Source: Macrostomum lignano
Lineage: Eukaryota
Length of the DNA: 64,000 bases
Direction of reading: 5' to 3'
NCBI GenBank assembly: GCA_002269645.1
Contig: NIVC01000573.1
Location: 186,001 to 250,000 of the forward strand
Shown: positions 34,880 to 54,702 of the stretch, piece after piece
Position numbering within the stretch: position 1 is the stretch's first letter
Layout: each line of letters begins with the position of its first letter
Program-made: the position numbers and the translations under genes
Notes under the pieces: generated by a model
Seen by the model: only the letters and a program-made list of their open reading frames with translations
Databases searched by the model: none
What the model was told of the DNA's origin: nothing

Positions 34880-37706
34880 GTATATAGAGAAGCCCGTTCT
34901 CCAGCGTTAGTGTCTCCGCAACCTTCTTGAAGGATGCCTCTGCCTGACTGCAACTCCTCCAATTGCCGGAGCGTACACGCTCCAAGATGCGTTGAGCGAA
35001 CGCGTCAGTACTCAGTTCGGCTGCAACCCTATCTGCGTCAATCACCGGTGCCTCAAAAGCCACAGCATTAATAGCTTCAAACGTCTCCTTGTCGTCCGAG
35101 GTGCAGTCGTCAAAGCGCAGTCTAGAAATTGCGTCAGCATGGGGAATGCTGCTCCCTCGCGCGTACCGGATGTCAAAGTCGAACTGCATTAAGTACATGG
35201 CCCAGCGGCCAATCCTCGCTGACGTATTTAGCGGAATCCCGCTTCCATAGAGGCGCAGTAGCGGCTGATCATCTGTCTGAATCACGAACTTGCGACCGTG
35301 TAGGAAATGCTTGAGTCGGGAGACGGCCCAGAAGATTGCAAGTGCTTCGCGTTCGATGTTTGAATAGTTGCTTTCAGCGGCCGAAAGGGTACGGGAGACG
35401 TATATTACCGGATGACCCTCCTGCGTTGCCACGGCGGCGAGTGCACCTTTGGACGCATCTGTCGTCAGAATCAGCTCTTTAGTCAGACTGTATGGCTGCA
35501 CGACCGGCGCAGATGCAATCTCCGCTTTCAGATTATTGAAGGCTCGGGAACACTCGTCTGACCAGGTGAACGGAATGCCAGCCTTTCGCAGTCTGTTAAG
35601 CGGAGCAGTTTTGCCTGCAAAGTTCGGAATCAATCGTCCGAAGAAATTGACTAGACCTAGAAACTGGGAGAGCTCCGTCTTGTTTTTCGGTACGCATACA
35701 TGGCGAATCTTCTCTACGAGACGCACGTCTGGCTGGATTCCGGCGGCGGAAATCCGGAAGCCTAGAAATGACACAGAGTCAGAGTAGTTGATGCACTTGG
35801 ATTCGTTTATAGTCACTCGCTTCTCGGTGAGGCGCTTCCTGACTGCCGCTAGTCGCTTCTCCAAGACGACTGCGTCCGGTGCGTGTACGAGAATATCATC
35901 TTGGTAGATGAGTAGACCTTTAATATCACCCAAAATGGACTCCATTGTGCGTTGGAGGATGAAGGAAGCGTTCTTCATCCCCATTTGAAGCCTATTGACG
36001 CGGTAGAGCCCCCGGGATGTGTTTATTACGGATAAATCCCGAGCGGAATCATCCAGTTCGATCTGCCAATAGGCAGAACGCAAATCCACAGTAGCGAATG
36101 TCTTTGAATTCTTGAGCCGTGAGAACATCGTCTCGACGTTTGGAATGGGGTAGGAATCTGATTGGATTTTTGCGTTAACGTGTACGCTATAGTCGGCACA
36201 CATTCTTAATGAGCCATCCTTCTTCTTCACCCACACGACGGGCGACGCGTTGTTGACAGGGCCCTCAATGGGCTCGATGACGCCCAACATTTGCAATCGA
36301 TCCAGCTCCGCGTTGATCTTGGCCTCCAGTGCGATTGGTACGGGCCGAGCCCTACAAAACTGTGGCCTGGCTCCGTCCACGAGCTCCATTTTGGCTTTCA
36401 CGCCCTTAATTGTCGGCAGAGGTTCCACAGCCTGCTGGATGTAAGATGGCAAGGCCGTAGCGTGAAAGAGTTTATCTGACTGCAGTAGATCACGGCCGAT
36501 AAGACCATGAGCCTTGCTTGAGGCAACAACCATAAGCTCTGCTGGGTGCAAACGTCCTCGGAGCTGCACAGCGGTGCACAATTTGCCCAGTGTACGCATG
36601 ACGTGACCATCAAAGGCCTCAAGGCGGCGAAAGCATTTTTGCAGGTGCGGGCGACCCAGCGAAATCCACTGCGCACTTGAAATCACTGAGACAGACGCCC
36701 CAGTATCAACCTGCATCCTCAGGCTTCTGCCATCGACGACCACCGTTTCGATAGTCTCGCTGATAGCGTGCACAGAACTTGCGTCGGTGAGGTGCATGAT
36801 GGATCCCGGTGAATGAGCTGGCTCTTCGCCCTCGTCACCTTGGTCTGCCGTCGTGTGGTGCAGCGAACGAGTAGCTCCAGATCTGCAGACGTTGCTAAAA
36901 TGATTCTTTTTTCCGCACTTCATACAGGTTTTTCCGTAGGCCGGACATTTACCTTCGAGGTGGGACCTACCGCAATAACGACAGGTGGAATTAGTTCGCC
37001 GGGCACTATCGTGTTGAGCCGATTCCATCCTGGGTACGGAACGCTGCTTGGTGAAGTGTAGCGAGACTTCTTCAGCGCCGATATGGCTGGGAGAGGATGC
37101 ACCAATGGCACATGGCATAGCAGAAGCAATTCCACTACTCGGGAGCTCCTTCTGACTAGAGACAAAGTTTGTCACCTGCTCCAAATTGCGGATGAAATTT
37201 ACGATTTCCGTTGTTGAAAGCTTCTGTAACTGCATGGCCTCTAGCACGCGTAGCTGCTCCTGACTGTCTCGAAGTCCAGCGATCAGCGCCATTCGAATCA
37301 ACTCTTCCGATGGGCTTTGGCTCGAGCGTAGAGAGTCGAATTTGCAATCGATTGCGGCATGACGAAGTCGGCTCACAAAGTCGCCAATGGACTCGCTAGG
37401 CGCTTGACGAACGTTGAAGAACCGCGCCCTCTCCGCCACGGTCAGTTTCTCTCTGGGTCGTAGGTAGTCCAGTAGTGTTTTCTCAATGTCCGCAAACGAC
37501 AGGTCGGCTACAAGTCGTGGAGACACAAGATCTTGCAATTTTTCAAGTGCAGTCAGACCGCAGCAAGCTAGGAAATTGTCAGCGATGCATTTCTTTTCTG
37601 CAGTGTCAGTCCATCCTTTCGCTCTGGCCAACGCTTGGAAGGCAGTCAGCCATGTTTGCGCCCTCTCCGGCTTTTCGAGCGGCAGGTTGCCGAGTTGCGA
37701 CGCCAT
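34880..37706 (-). CDS. Gypsy gag-pol 5' part (Gag CCHC, protease, RT, RNase H)
   Basis: CRYCGRSH...CMKCGKKNHFSNVC; VDTGASVS; YQDD; LTTDAS, YSNIEREAL and HADAISR. Confidence 0.96.
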
Positions 37707-37968
37707 TGATGTGTGTCGAGATTAAGATGACGAGCGGTGCAAGGTTATCGTTTATATTTGATGGTATAATCAGGAATCTTGAACGCATAGCTCTAGGCGG
37801 GGTCTTGAGGGGGAGAAGGGCTGAAACTGAGAGGGGCTCTGCGAAAGAAAGAGTATACTGCCATAGACTAACTAAACAGCAACAAAACGAAAGTTGAGCG
37901 AGCTTAAGTCACATAGACAGAAAAACAATAATGCACTAAAGCTATAGGCTGAGCTCTGATGCACAATA
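37707..37968 (-). repeat. Gypsy 5' LTR
   Basis: Copy of 27560-27821; the terminal TG reads TA on the minus strand. Confidence 0.96.
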
Positions 37969-38507
37969 ATATAATTGGCACTAAATGTTTGTGCTTAAAA
38001 TTTGGCATTGGAATCATTTAAACTCGTGGTTAATTTTTTATTAAATTTTCATAAAATGGAGAAATTGAAATATGCTTTTAGAGTTTCAGGCTACTGTAGG
38101 GCGCATATATTGGCCTAAATGAATTTGCGATGAGCGGAATTCGATTCTATATATACAGAAAAATTTTTTTTAACAAAAAGATGCACAAAAACTTCTCAGC
38201 TGCTCTGCGTGAAGTCTAATATCGGTTACGGTTAATATTGAATTCTAATTTGAGATATTGAAGACTGATTATAAATATGATTATTAGTTCCTATGCAGTA
38301 CAACTTTCGATATTTTCCCTTGAAGATTTATCTATCAATATAAGTCATAATTGTTCATTCAAAAACCTCAATTGTTACATGCTAGGAGTTCTAGTTCTAC
38401 TAGGATCTACTAGTGGTCCTTGGTTCAATATTAATGAATTTATAAAATTACAAAGATAAGTGCAAACTTTAACTTTCTATGAAAATGGCTACATAGACAA
38501 GAAGCAG

Positions 38508-38874
38508 CGGGTCTCCCTAAAACACGCACCGCACCGCCCAGCAACGCTACAAATTAAAACAAATTGCGCTTTAAATTAAGACACAGTGTTAAGCTTTAAG
38601 TGTTTAATAAATTTATGTTTTTTTATTACTTTAAAATCTAAAATTCGGTGAATAATACTGATATTATTAAAAATAATAAAATAATAACTATGTAATTTAA
38701 TAATGAGAATGAAAATAAGAAGAATAACAATAATGTTTAATATAATAATTAAAGGTATTTATTTCGTTACTCTTACAACAAATAGTTTTCTCTGCAATCA
38801 AATACTGCATGGACAAAAAATGTTATAATGTGTAGCACTGCGGGGCGGTGCGGTACGTGTTTTAGGGAGACCCG
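38508..38874. mobile_element. MITE with ~45-bp imperfect TIRs and an AT-rich core
   Basis: cgggtctccctaaaacacg... / ...cgtgttttagggagacccg; flanking 7-bp direct repeat gaagcag at 38501-38507 and 38875-38881. Confidence 0.88.
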
Positions 38875-39120
38875 GAAGCAGCTACCCAAGAAAGAAATGA
38901 GCTAATAAAACAAAAACAAAAAATTCGTCAAAATCCAGGAAGTAGCGTAGCGTACGGTAAAAGGCTCCGTCTTTAAATTGCTTGCCCATTTAGTTTCGAC
39001 TGAATAAATTGACCTGCAAAAACATTCTCTGAAGTCCCGGAAGACTTAACGCTCGTACAAACAAGAGTCGTTCAAAGTTCAAAGCTCAAAGGACGCCGCG
39101 AACTTTTCTCGTCGAGAGCT

Positions 39121-45819
<6,699 letters not shown>

Positions 45820-46419
45820 TCTTATAATTGAGTCTGTCAAGCACTGGCTTTGCCAGAGAAAGCAGCGGTCTGATGGAGTTTCTGCAGCAGCTCGCGCTCT
45901 CCCCCGTCTCAGTCTCTGCTTTTCTTGCCAATCAGGCCGCCAGGTCCGAAATAGCCAAGCCTTGGCAAGCCGTGCGAAAGGTCGTGGAGTGCCTGCTTAT
46001 GGGGCTCGCGAGTTTGGCCACCCACCAGCGCAAAGCGGCTCTGCTCCAGTGAGTAATGCGTCGCTGAGACCAATGGCTTTGGAACCCTCCAACTCGTCCA
46101 CTCATTCTCTCTCTTCTCCACCCACCCCAACCGCCGACAAACGAATGGCATCGTGCGAGCTGAGCTCGGACAACCCCCTCCAGCCACCCGAGAGTAGAGT
46201 TTGTTTCAGTTAAGAACAGCAATGGTGTGCTGGGGTCCCTTGGCTCAATAAGCCAATAACAGCCCCACCCCCGCAGTGCAAAAAAATGACGCAGAAGGTT
46301 ATTCTATTATAGTGCACGTGACGAAGCTTGTTATGTTTGCTTGCTAAATTTTCTTGCAAGATTTTACTGCTTCTAAGTAGTGCCAGTAGCATTTGTTTTC
46401 TCAAGATTGAATAACATAT

Positions 46420-46912
46420 CAGCCTGAAGGTTCAGGTGGGTAGCGGGTAGGCCCTGATGAATCAGGTGGGTAGCGGGTAGGCCCTGAAGAATCAGGTGGG
46501 TAGCGGGTAGACCCTGAAGAATCAGGTGGGTAGCAGGTAGGCCCTGAAGAATCAGGTGGGTAGCGGGTAGGCCCTGAAGAATCAGGTGGGTAGCGGGTAG
46601 ACCCTGAAGAATCAGGTGGGTAGCAGGTAGGCCCTGAAGAATCAGGTGGGTAGCGGGTAGGCCCTGAAGAATCAGGTGGGTAGCGGGTAGACCCTGAAGA
46701 ATCAGGTGGGTAGCGGGTAGGCCCTGAAGAATCAGGTGGGTAGCGGGTAGGCCCTGAAGAATCAGGTGGGCAGCGGGTAGACCCTGAAGAATCAGGTGGG
46801 TAGCAGGTAGACCCTGAAGAATCAGGTGGGTAGCGGGTAGACCCTGAAGAATCAGGTGGGTAGCGGTAGGCCCTGAAGAATCAGGTGGGTAGCGGGTAGG
46901 CCCTGAAGAATC
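46420..46912. repeat. 30 bp minisatellite (ccctgaagaatcaggtgggtagcgggtagg)
   Basis: About 16 copies. Confidence 0.97.
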
Positions 46913-47554
46913 CAGTTCTTTAGTTGAACAAGTAGTGTGAGCTATTTCAGTCAGTGCAGGATTCAGGTAGTAAAACGAGCCGTCTTGTCTCACTATCAAA
47001 CAGTGATAAGCTCATGCACTGCATTGCCGGCCTTATCAGTGAGCTGAGTTGGACACGCAGGGCTGTAAACTGCGGGTCCAATTCTTTGATAACCGCCGCA
47101 TGTTCACCCCATGGCTGCGAACTGAATTAAAGTTAGTTAATTTCATTGGTTCCTCACCTGCATTCCCCGATATCCCCATGTGTTTACTTTGGTTCCTCAC
47201 CTGCGTCTGCATATCCCTTGTATACTCTGCAAAAATAAGTCACTGTTGGGAGGCTCTCGATCGGGCTGAGCTCTCGGCAAACTGTCATCATACTCGCGTT
47301 TTTAAAAAGCTTCTTTCTCGGCTTTTTTCTGAATCATAAGATTCAGCAATTTCACTCCATATGCATTACTTTTAGTAGAGCCAATGTGTGGTTTTAGATG
47401 AAACTAGCAATCTTTGCCCCCCGATGGGGACATCTGGATAGAATCCTTGTTCTTTACAAATAACAAATAGACAGCGAAATAAAGCCTTCATAAAAAACAA
47501 CAGACATTCCCTCTTAAAAAGAAAACATCCCAAGACAGCAAGCATCCTCAGACA

Positions 47555-47757
47555 GCATTCAAGCATCGATCCCCAAATAGCAAGCATCCCCCAGACTGCA
47601 AGCATCCCCCCCGATAGCAAGCATCCCCCCGATAGCAAGCAACCCCAGATAGCAAGCATCCCCAGATAGCAAGCATTCCCCCCAGACCCCAGATAGTAAG
47701 CATCCCCCAGATAGCAAGCATCCCGCAGATAGCAAGCATCCCCCAGATAGCAAGCAT
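47555..47757. repeat. 18 bp repeat (cccccagatagcaagcat)
   Basis: About 10 degenerate copies. Confidence 0.9.
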
Positions 47758-47834
47758 AAATTTTAAATTTGATTAATAACACGACAGTAAAGACTTGATA
47801 ATACAAGCGTAGCAAGTGGATTAATAGTTATTAA

Positions 47835-49675
47835 CTGGATTTAAGGGATTCTATGGAATTTAAGGGACTGTGAGGAATTCCGGTGATTTTATGTAATTCA
47901 GGAGGGAATACCAAGCTATTCAGAAAGATTCCAAGGGATTCAGGGGGTTCCAAGGATTCAGGGGATTCCAAAGGTTTCAGGGGGGTTCCAAGGGATTCAG
48001 AGGGTTCCAAGGGATTCAGGGGGATTCCAAAGGATTCAGGGGATTCTAAAGGATTCAGGGGGATTCCAAGGGATTCAGGGGATTCCAAGAGATTCAGGGG
48101 GATTCCAAGAGATTCAGGGGGATTCCAAGAGATTCAGGGGGATTCCAAAGGATTCAGGGAGATTCCAAAGGATTCAGGGGGATTCCAAAGGATTCAGGGG
48201 GATTCCAAGAGATTCAGGGGGATTCCAAGAGATTCAGGGGGATTCCAAGAGATTCAGGGGGATTCCAAAGGATTCAGGGGGTTCCAAAGGATTCAAGGGG
48301 ATCCTGGGGATTCAGGGGGATTCCAAGAGATTCAGGGGGATTCCAAAGGATTCAGGGGATTCTAAAGGATTCAGGGGGATTCCAAGGGATTCAGGGGGAT
48401 TCCAAGAGATTCAGGGGGATTCCAAGAGATTCAGGGGGGTTCCAAGGGATTCAGGGGGTTCCAAGGGATTCAGGGGATTCCAAGGGATTCAGGGGGGTTC
48501 CAAGGGATTCAGGGGGATTCCAAAGGATTCAGGGGGATTCCAAGAGATTCAGGGGGATTCCAAGGGATTCAGGGGGATTCCAAGAGATTCAGGGGGATTC
48601 CAAGGGATTCAGGGGGATTCCAAGAGATTCAGGGGGATTCCAAGGGATTCAGGGGGATTCCAAGAGATTCAGGGGGATTCCAAGAGATTCAGGGGGATTC
48701 CAAAGGATTCAGGGGGGTTCCAAAGGATTCAAGGGGATCCTGGGGGATTCAGGGGGATTCCAAGAGATTCAGGGGGATTCCAAAGGATTCAGGGGGATTC
48801 TAAAGGATTCAGGGGATTCCAAGGGATTCAGGGGGATTCCAAGAGATTCAGGGGGATTCCAAGAGATTCAGGGGGGTTCCAAGGGATTCAGGGGGTTCCA
48901 AGGGATTCAGGGGGATTCCAAGGGATTCAGGGGGGTTCCAAGGGATTCAGGGGGATTCCAAAGGATTCAGGGGGATTCCAAGAGATTCAGGGGGATTCCA
49001 AGGGATTCAGGGGGATTCCAAGAGATTCAGGGGATTCCAAGGGATTCAGGGGGATTCCAAGAGATTCAGGGGGATTCCAAGGGATTCAGGGGATTCCAAG
49101 AGATTCAGGGGATTCCAAGAGATTCAGGGGATTCCAAAGGATTCAGGGGGTTCCAAAGGATTCAAGGGGATCCTGGGGATTCAGGGGGATTCCAAGAGAT
49201 TCAGGGGGATTCCAAAGGATTCAGGGGGATTCTAAAGGATTCAGGGGGATTCCAAGGGATTCAGGGGGATTCCAAGAGATTCAGGGGGATTCCAAGAGAT
49301 TCAGGGGGTTCCAAGGGATTCAGGGGGTTCCAAGGGATTCAGGGGGATTCCAAGGGATTCAGGGGGATTCCAAGGGATTCAGGGGGATTCCAAAGGATTC
49401 AGGGGGATTCCAAGAGATTCAGGGGGATTCCAAGGGATTCAGGGGATTCCAAGAGATTCAGGGGGATTCCAAGGGATTCAGGGGATTCCAAGAGATTCAG
49501 GGGGATTCCAAGGGATTCAGGGGATTCCAAGAGATTCAGGGGGATTCCAAGGGATTCAGGGGGTTCCAAGGGATTCAGGGGATTCCAAAGGATTCAGGGG
49601 GATTCCAAGAGATTCAGGGGGATTCCAAGGGATTCAGGGGATTCCAAGAGATTCAGGGGGATTCCAAGGGATTAA
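47835..49675. repeat. 19-20 bp minisatellite (gggggattccaagggattca) with a ~435 bp higher-order period
   Basis: Visible array; the rare variant atcctgg occurs at 48301, 48737 and 49170. Confidence 0.97.
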
Positions 49676-50201
49676 TAATTATTCTAAGGATTCAGGAGGA
49701 GTGCTGAGCAAATATAAAAGTGCACAGTTATCACAACTAGAATGAATATTTATGACATGCGAGAGCGCCGAAAAGGAAAGTGACCCGGGCAAGACTCCGG
49801 CAGCTCCTGTCCCAGATTGGCATCCGCAAATCCATTGCGAAATTCCATTCAGCCCAGCCGGCAGATCTCATGATTGAAATTCTCTCCTTTCAGGCAGCGA
49901 CAGGAAGGAAATGAGAAATCGAGATAAGAAGGCCTGGGCTATAGCAGGGGCACCGGGCCATTGTCCTCAGCGCTGCCGGCTCCTGCGGCCAGAATTCGAA
50001 GCCGGCGAAATTGGAAAATGCGACGCCGCCACTCGACCAGGGCCGACCGCGGACAAAGCGGGGTGCCAGCTGACCGGTCAGTCACCGCCTGCCGCCCATC
50101 AGTGCTGCGCGATCCTCAGGGGTGGGGTGGGCGTTCAAATGTTGCCAAGACTGACTGCTGCCTTGCGTGTCACCGGATTGCGGCTGGGAGGGGAAGGAGG
50201 G

Positions 50202-51095
<894 letters not shown>

Positions 51096-51739
51096 TCATC
51101 CATCAAGAAACTACTATAAGTAGGCACTATCGAGGTTCTCTCGTCTTAGCTCTTTCCTCATTGGCTGCCGTGGGGGCCAACAGGCAGCGGCTAGCAGTAG
51201 GAATGATCTGCAGGTTTATACGGCAACCAGCAAATCTGCTCTGTGTTTCAATTTTCACCTGGGTGAAACACTCTGCAACAGATATTGCTGAGATTTCGTA
51301 TTGACCGCGGACTTCTAGTTCAGGTGAGCAAAATCTGTAAGTTTCGGTGTTTATTCGGTGACTTCTCTGTATCTCTCCGATTTTGCAGTCAAATTCACTT
51401 CAACTAAAACTGCTTAGGACTTGCTGACACCAAAATTTCAGCTGCGCATGAAAGTTTTGTTTCACTAATGAAATTCAAGCGCGGAGTTTTGCTTGTGTTT
51501 GCCGTGAGCAGCTGCAGCTCTCAGCTTGGGCTTTGCGCACCTGCCGCTCACTTGATCACTGCCGCTGGCTGGCGTTGCGCAAACTCAAAACTTTGCCCTG
51601 ACATAGCAGGGGCTGCTGCTTTCTCAGCTGCGAATTCGGCTCGACTGACATTCTGGCTTTGCATGGAGTGGCTTGGCGTCCGTGTTTACTTGAACTGACC
51701 TTTTCACTACCACTTTGGGATCGCACTCAACTTGCCTTC

Positions 51740-52300
51740 GCCTCTCCCTTCCCCTCTCCCTTCCCCTCTCCCTTCCCCTCTCCCTTCCCCTCTCCCTTCC
51801 CCTCTCTCTTCCCCTCTCCTTTCTAGTCTCTTCCCCTTTCCCTTCCCCTCTCCCTTCCCCTCTCCTTTCCCTCTCCTTTCTAGTCTCTTCCCCTTTCCCT
51901 TCCCCTCTCCCTTCCCCTCTCCCTTCCCCTCTCCCTTCCCCTCTCCCTTCCCCTCTCCTTTCTAGTCTCTTCCCCTCTCCCTTCCCCTCCCCCTTCCCCT
52001 CTTCCTTCCCCTCTCCCTTCCCCTCTCCCTTCCCCTCTCCCTTCCCCTCTCCCTTCCCCTCTCCCTTCCCCTCTCCCTTCCCCTCTCCCTTCCCCTCTCC
52101 TTTCTCCATTCCTTCCCCCTATCCTTTCTCATCTCCCTTCCTCTCTCCCTTCCCGTCTCCATTCCTCTCTCCCTTCCCTTCTCCTTTATCCTCTCCCTCC
52201 CATCTCCATTCTCTTCTCCCTTCCCCTCTCCCTTTCCTCTTCCTTACACCTTTCTCTCTCTTCCCGTCTCATTTCCTCTCGTCGCCCTCTCTCCGTATCT
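51740..52300. repeat. Pyrimidine-rich 12 bp repeat (ccctctcccttc)
   Basis: Visible. Confidence 0.95.
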
Positions 52301-54702
52301 TTATTGGAGATAAAGATCCTCTACCTTCCCTTTCCCCTATTCGTGCTGGTTTCTGGAGTTTTTAACTTCTCCCTCAGGCAGTTTTTAGCCATAAGGTTTT
52401 GTCTTTATGAGCCATTAAATTTGCAAAATGATGTGGAAAGAGATTTTCGCTTTTTATGGCTCTGCTTTGAAATCGAACAATTGAATACAGCCCGAGTGGT
52501 TGGCTCTGCTTTTAAAACTTAGAAAAATGCTGCCTGATCGGAAAGACAAACAGAGTTTTGCTTGCAGATTGCAGGACGGTCGCTTCATAAAACTGCGCTG
52601 CGCCGAAGCGCCTCTCCAGCCTCTCCGCTTCCTCAGCTCGAATTTCACCTGGCCATGCCATTTGATGCGCCTCGTCCCCAATGAACCGAAATTGGGGGGG
52701 GGGGCAGCAGAATGCAACCTGGGACTGCTGCTGACTGCCAGACAGAGAAATCTGGCTCGAGAAAATAATCGATAGTCCCCAATCTAAGATCCGCTTGGGT
52801 TGATAACAGGAGTCCGGAGGATTTACCATGCAGATAAAGCATCAGAGATAACAAATTATCCAAACGAGATTTCAGTCTCATTCACAGGTTCATCTGCTCT
52901 GTGGAGGAAAGCTGGAGAACATTCTATCCGAAATCCCTTTGACAGAGTTAAAAAATCAGTTCGATTTTAGGCGTTAAAATACAGAAATAAAGGCATAGAA
53001 ACTTTGATGAGGCCAAGCTATGCACTCAGCTTCCAGTCCGAATCCGCAGTCTCGAACTTCATGAACTTCTTTGCTTCCCAAGCGATAAAATTATCTTTAT
53101 AGATACTTTATAGACGAGGCAGTCAGCATGGTTGCTGACTGGGAGGGATTGGCCACAAATCCTTCATCGCAATCCTATGCTGCTGGCTTGGCTGGGCCTG
53201 TCTGGCGGTGACACATCGCTCGGGTGTGGGTGGGTGGCGTCTTTGTGGTCTGAAAGCATTCCTCTGCAAGCAACACCCCCGGCCTGCCGCTCTCGATCTC
53301 CCGGCAGAGATTAGGCTGAATCGGACACGCGCAAGACAGCTGGTTGTGACACCCGCTGCTGCCTGCCTCTCTTTGACCTCCTCATCCTCCTTCCAGTTCT
53401 CCATTATTCCTGGTCCAGTGAGAGCAGCTCCGGGCAGCCCCAGCTCCAACGGGTAAGTTTTACAGTTTACAGAATCGCGGATTCAATTGTCCGTAACGAG
53501 CTCCTGCAGCCCCTGCAACATGGGAGAGAGAGGCTCAGGTGGGAAAAGCGGAAGTGTGGCGCTCACAGGGCCGCTCCAGCGACCGTGCCTGAGTTTCCGC
53601 TTCTCACCTCTGGTGGCATTGTTGTTGCGGCTGAAGCCGTGCCTGTTGTGCTGCCTTGTTACCCCGCATCCCGAACGGATCGTAAGAGGAGAACGCGCGA
53701 TGGGAGAGACGGGAGCAGAGCAGCAGAGCCAGAAGTAGCAGCCAGGGAGTTCACCTGAAGTGCTGCTGAAGTCTGCTTTTTCAACACTGCTTCTAGCACG
53801 TTTTGCGACACGCCACTGCGTTGCCAACTTCCTCATTAGATGGAGGTGGGGCAACTGCCGGTAGTGCAAAGTGGGGCAGCAGCAACTTGAAGAGGCGCCC
53901 CCTTGAAGCAGAGGGCTCTTGACCGGGGAGCTACTGGCTGGTGCACTCTTGCCCCCGGGGAGGTGTCGCTATTTTCGGTTTGAATTTCGCAGTCTGCCAA
54001 CGGAGCGGGGGGACGGGCATCATTTTGCACGGGTACTGAGGAGGAGGAGGACCGAGGGGCTCGAGGCGTCGATGAGCTGAGCTGGACTTGGAGGACAGAA
54101 ACTCACAAGGCTGGGGAGTGCAGCTGGGCAAGATTCGCTGGGCTGGAAACCTGACTCAGGGTCCGCCCTGTGCTCAATGCGAAAGGCTCTGTGCGGTGGG
54201 GCCTCTAATCCCCGCCGGGCCCTGAGTGGATTAGAGTAGGAAATCCGCTCTGAGCGGCCGGTCGAGCGGCTTATCAGAGCCGTGGTCGAGTTTTCCTGTT
54301 TCCAAGAAAACGTGTTAAAAAATTTTTCGCTAAGAATAATTTCAACATGACAACATGATTAAACAGCGCCTCTCGGAGGGAGATTACAAGCAGTGTAATA
54401 TCCCAACGCCAGTGTGGGATGTGCAGCACAGGTTGTCAGTACAATTTTATGTTGAGAAATCAGTTTTAGAATGCTCGCTGCACTGGTTTTTCAAGACAAA
54501 TTTTGCTACAAATTTACTTACGAGTGCGAGATACGAATTGCGGAGTCGCAGGTTGACTTCCTGTTTTTATGCTGATTTTCTGCATTCGTCTTCACTAGTA
54601 TTTTATTGCAGCAGTGACAAGAGCGAACCCCTCGTACCAAACACAACAGCTGCTCAATGTCGCCCTGATTTCCAGGAAATCGCCCGCCCTACCGCCCGAG
54701 TC

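Larger units (their letters stand above)
27560..37968 (-). mobile_element. Young Ty3/Gypsy LTR retrotransposon (single gag-pol ORF, Mag-like), interrupted by a LINE
   Basis: LTRs at 27560-27821 and 37707-37968 (262 bp, one mismatch seen); TSD ATATA at 27555-27559 and 37969-37973; PBS TGGCG 1 nt after the 5' LTR; PPT aagggggac next to the 3' LTR. Confidence 0.97.

Noticed and set aside
46420-46912. CTGAAGA in each 30-bp unit resembles a hammerhead core
   Set aside because: No GAAA or stem II/III follows, so no ribozyme fold can be built.
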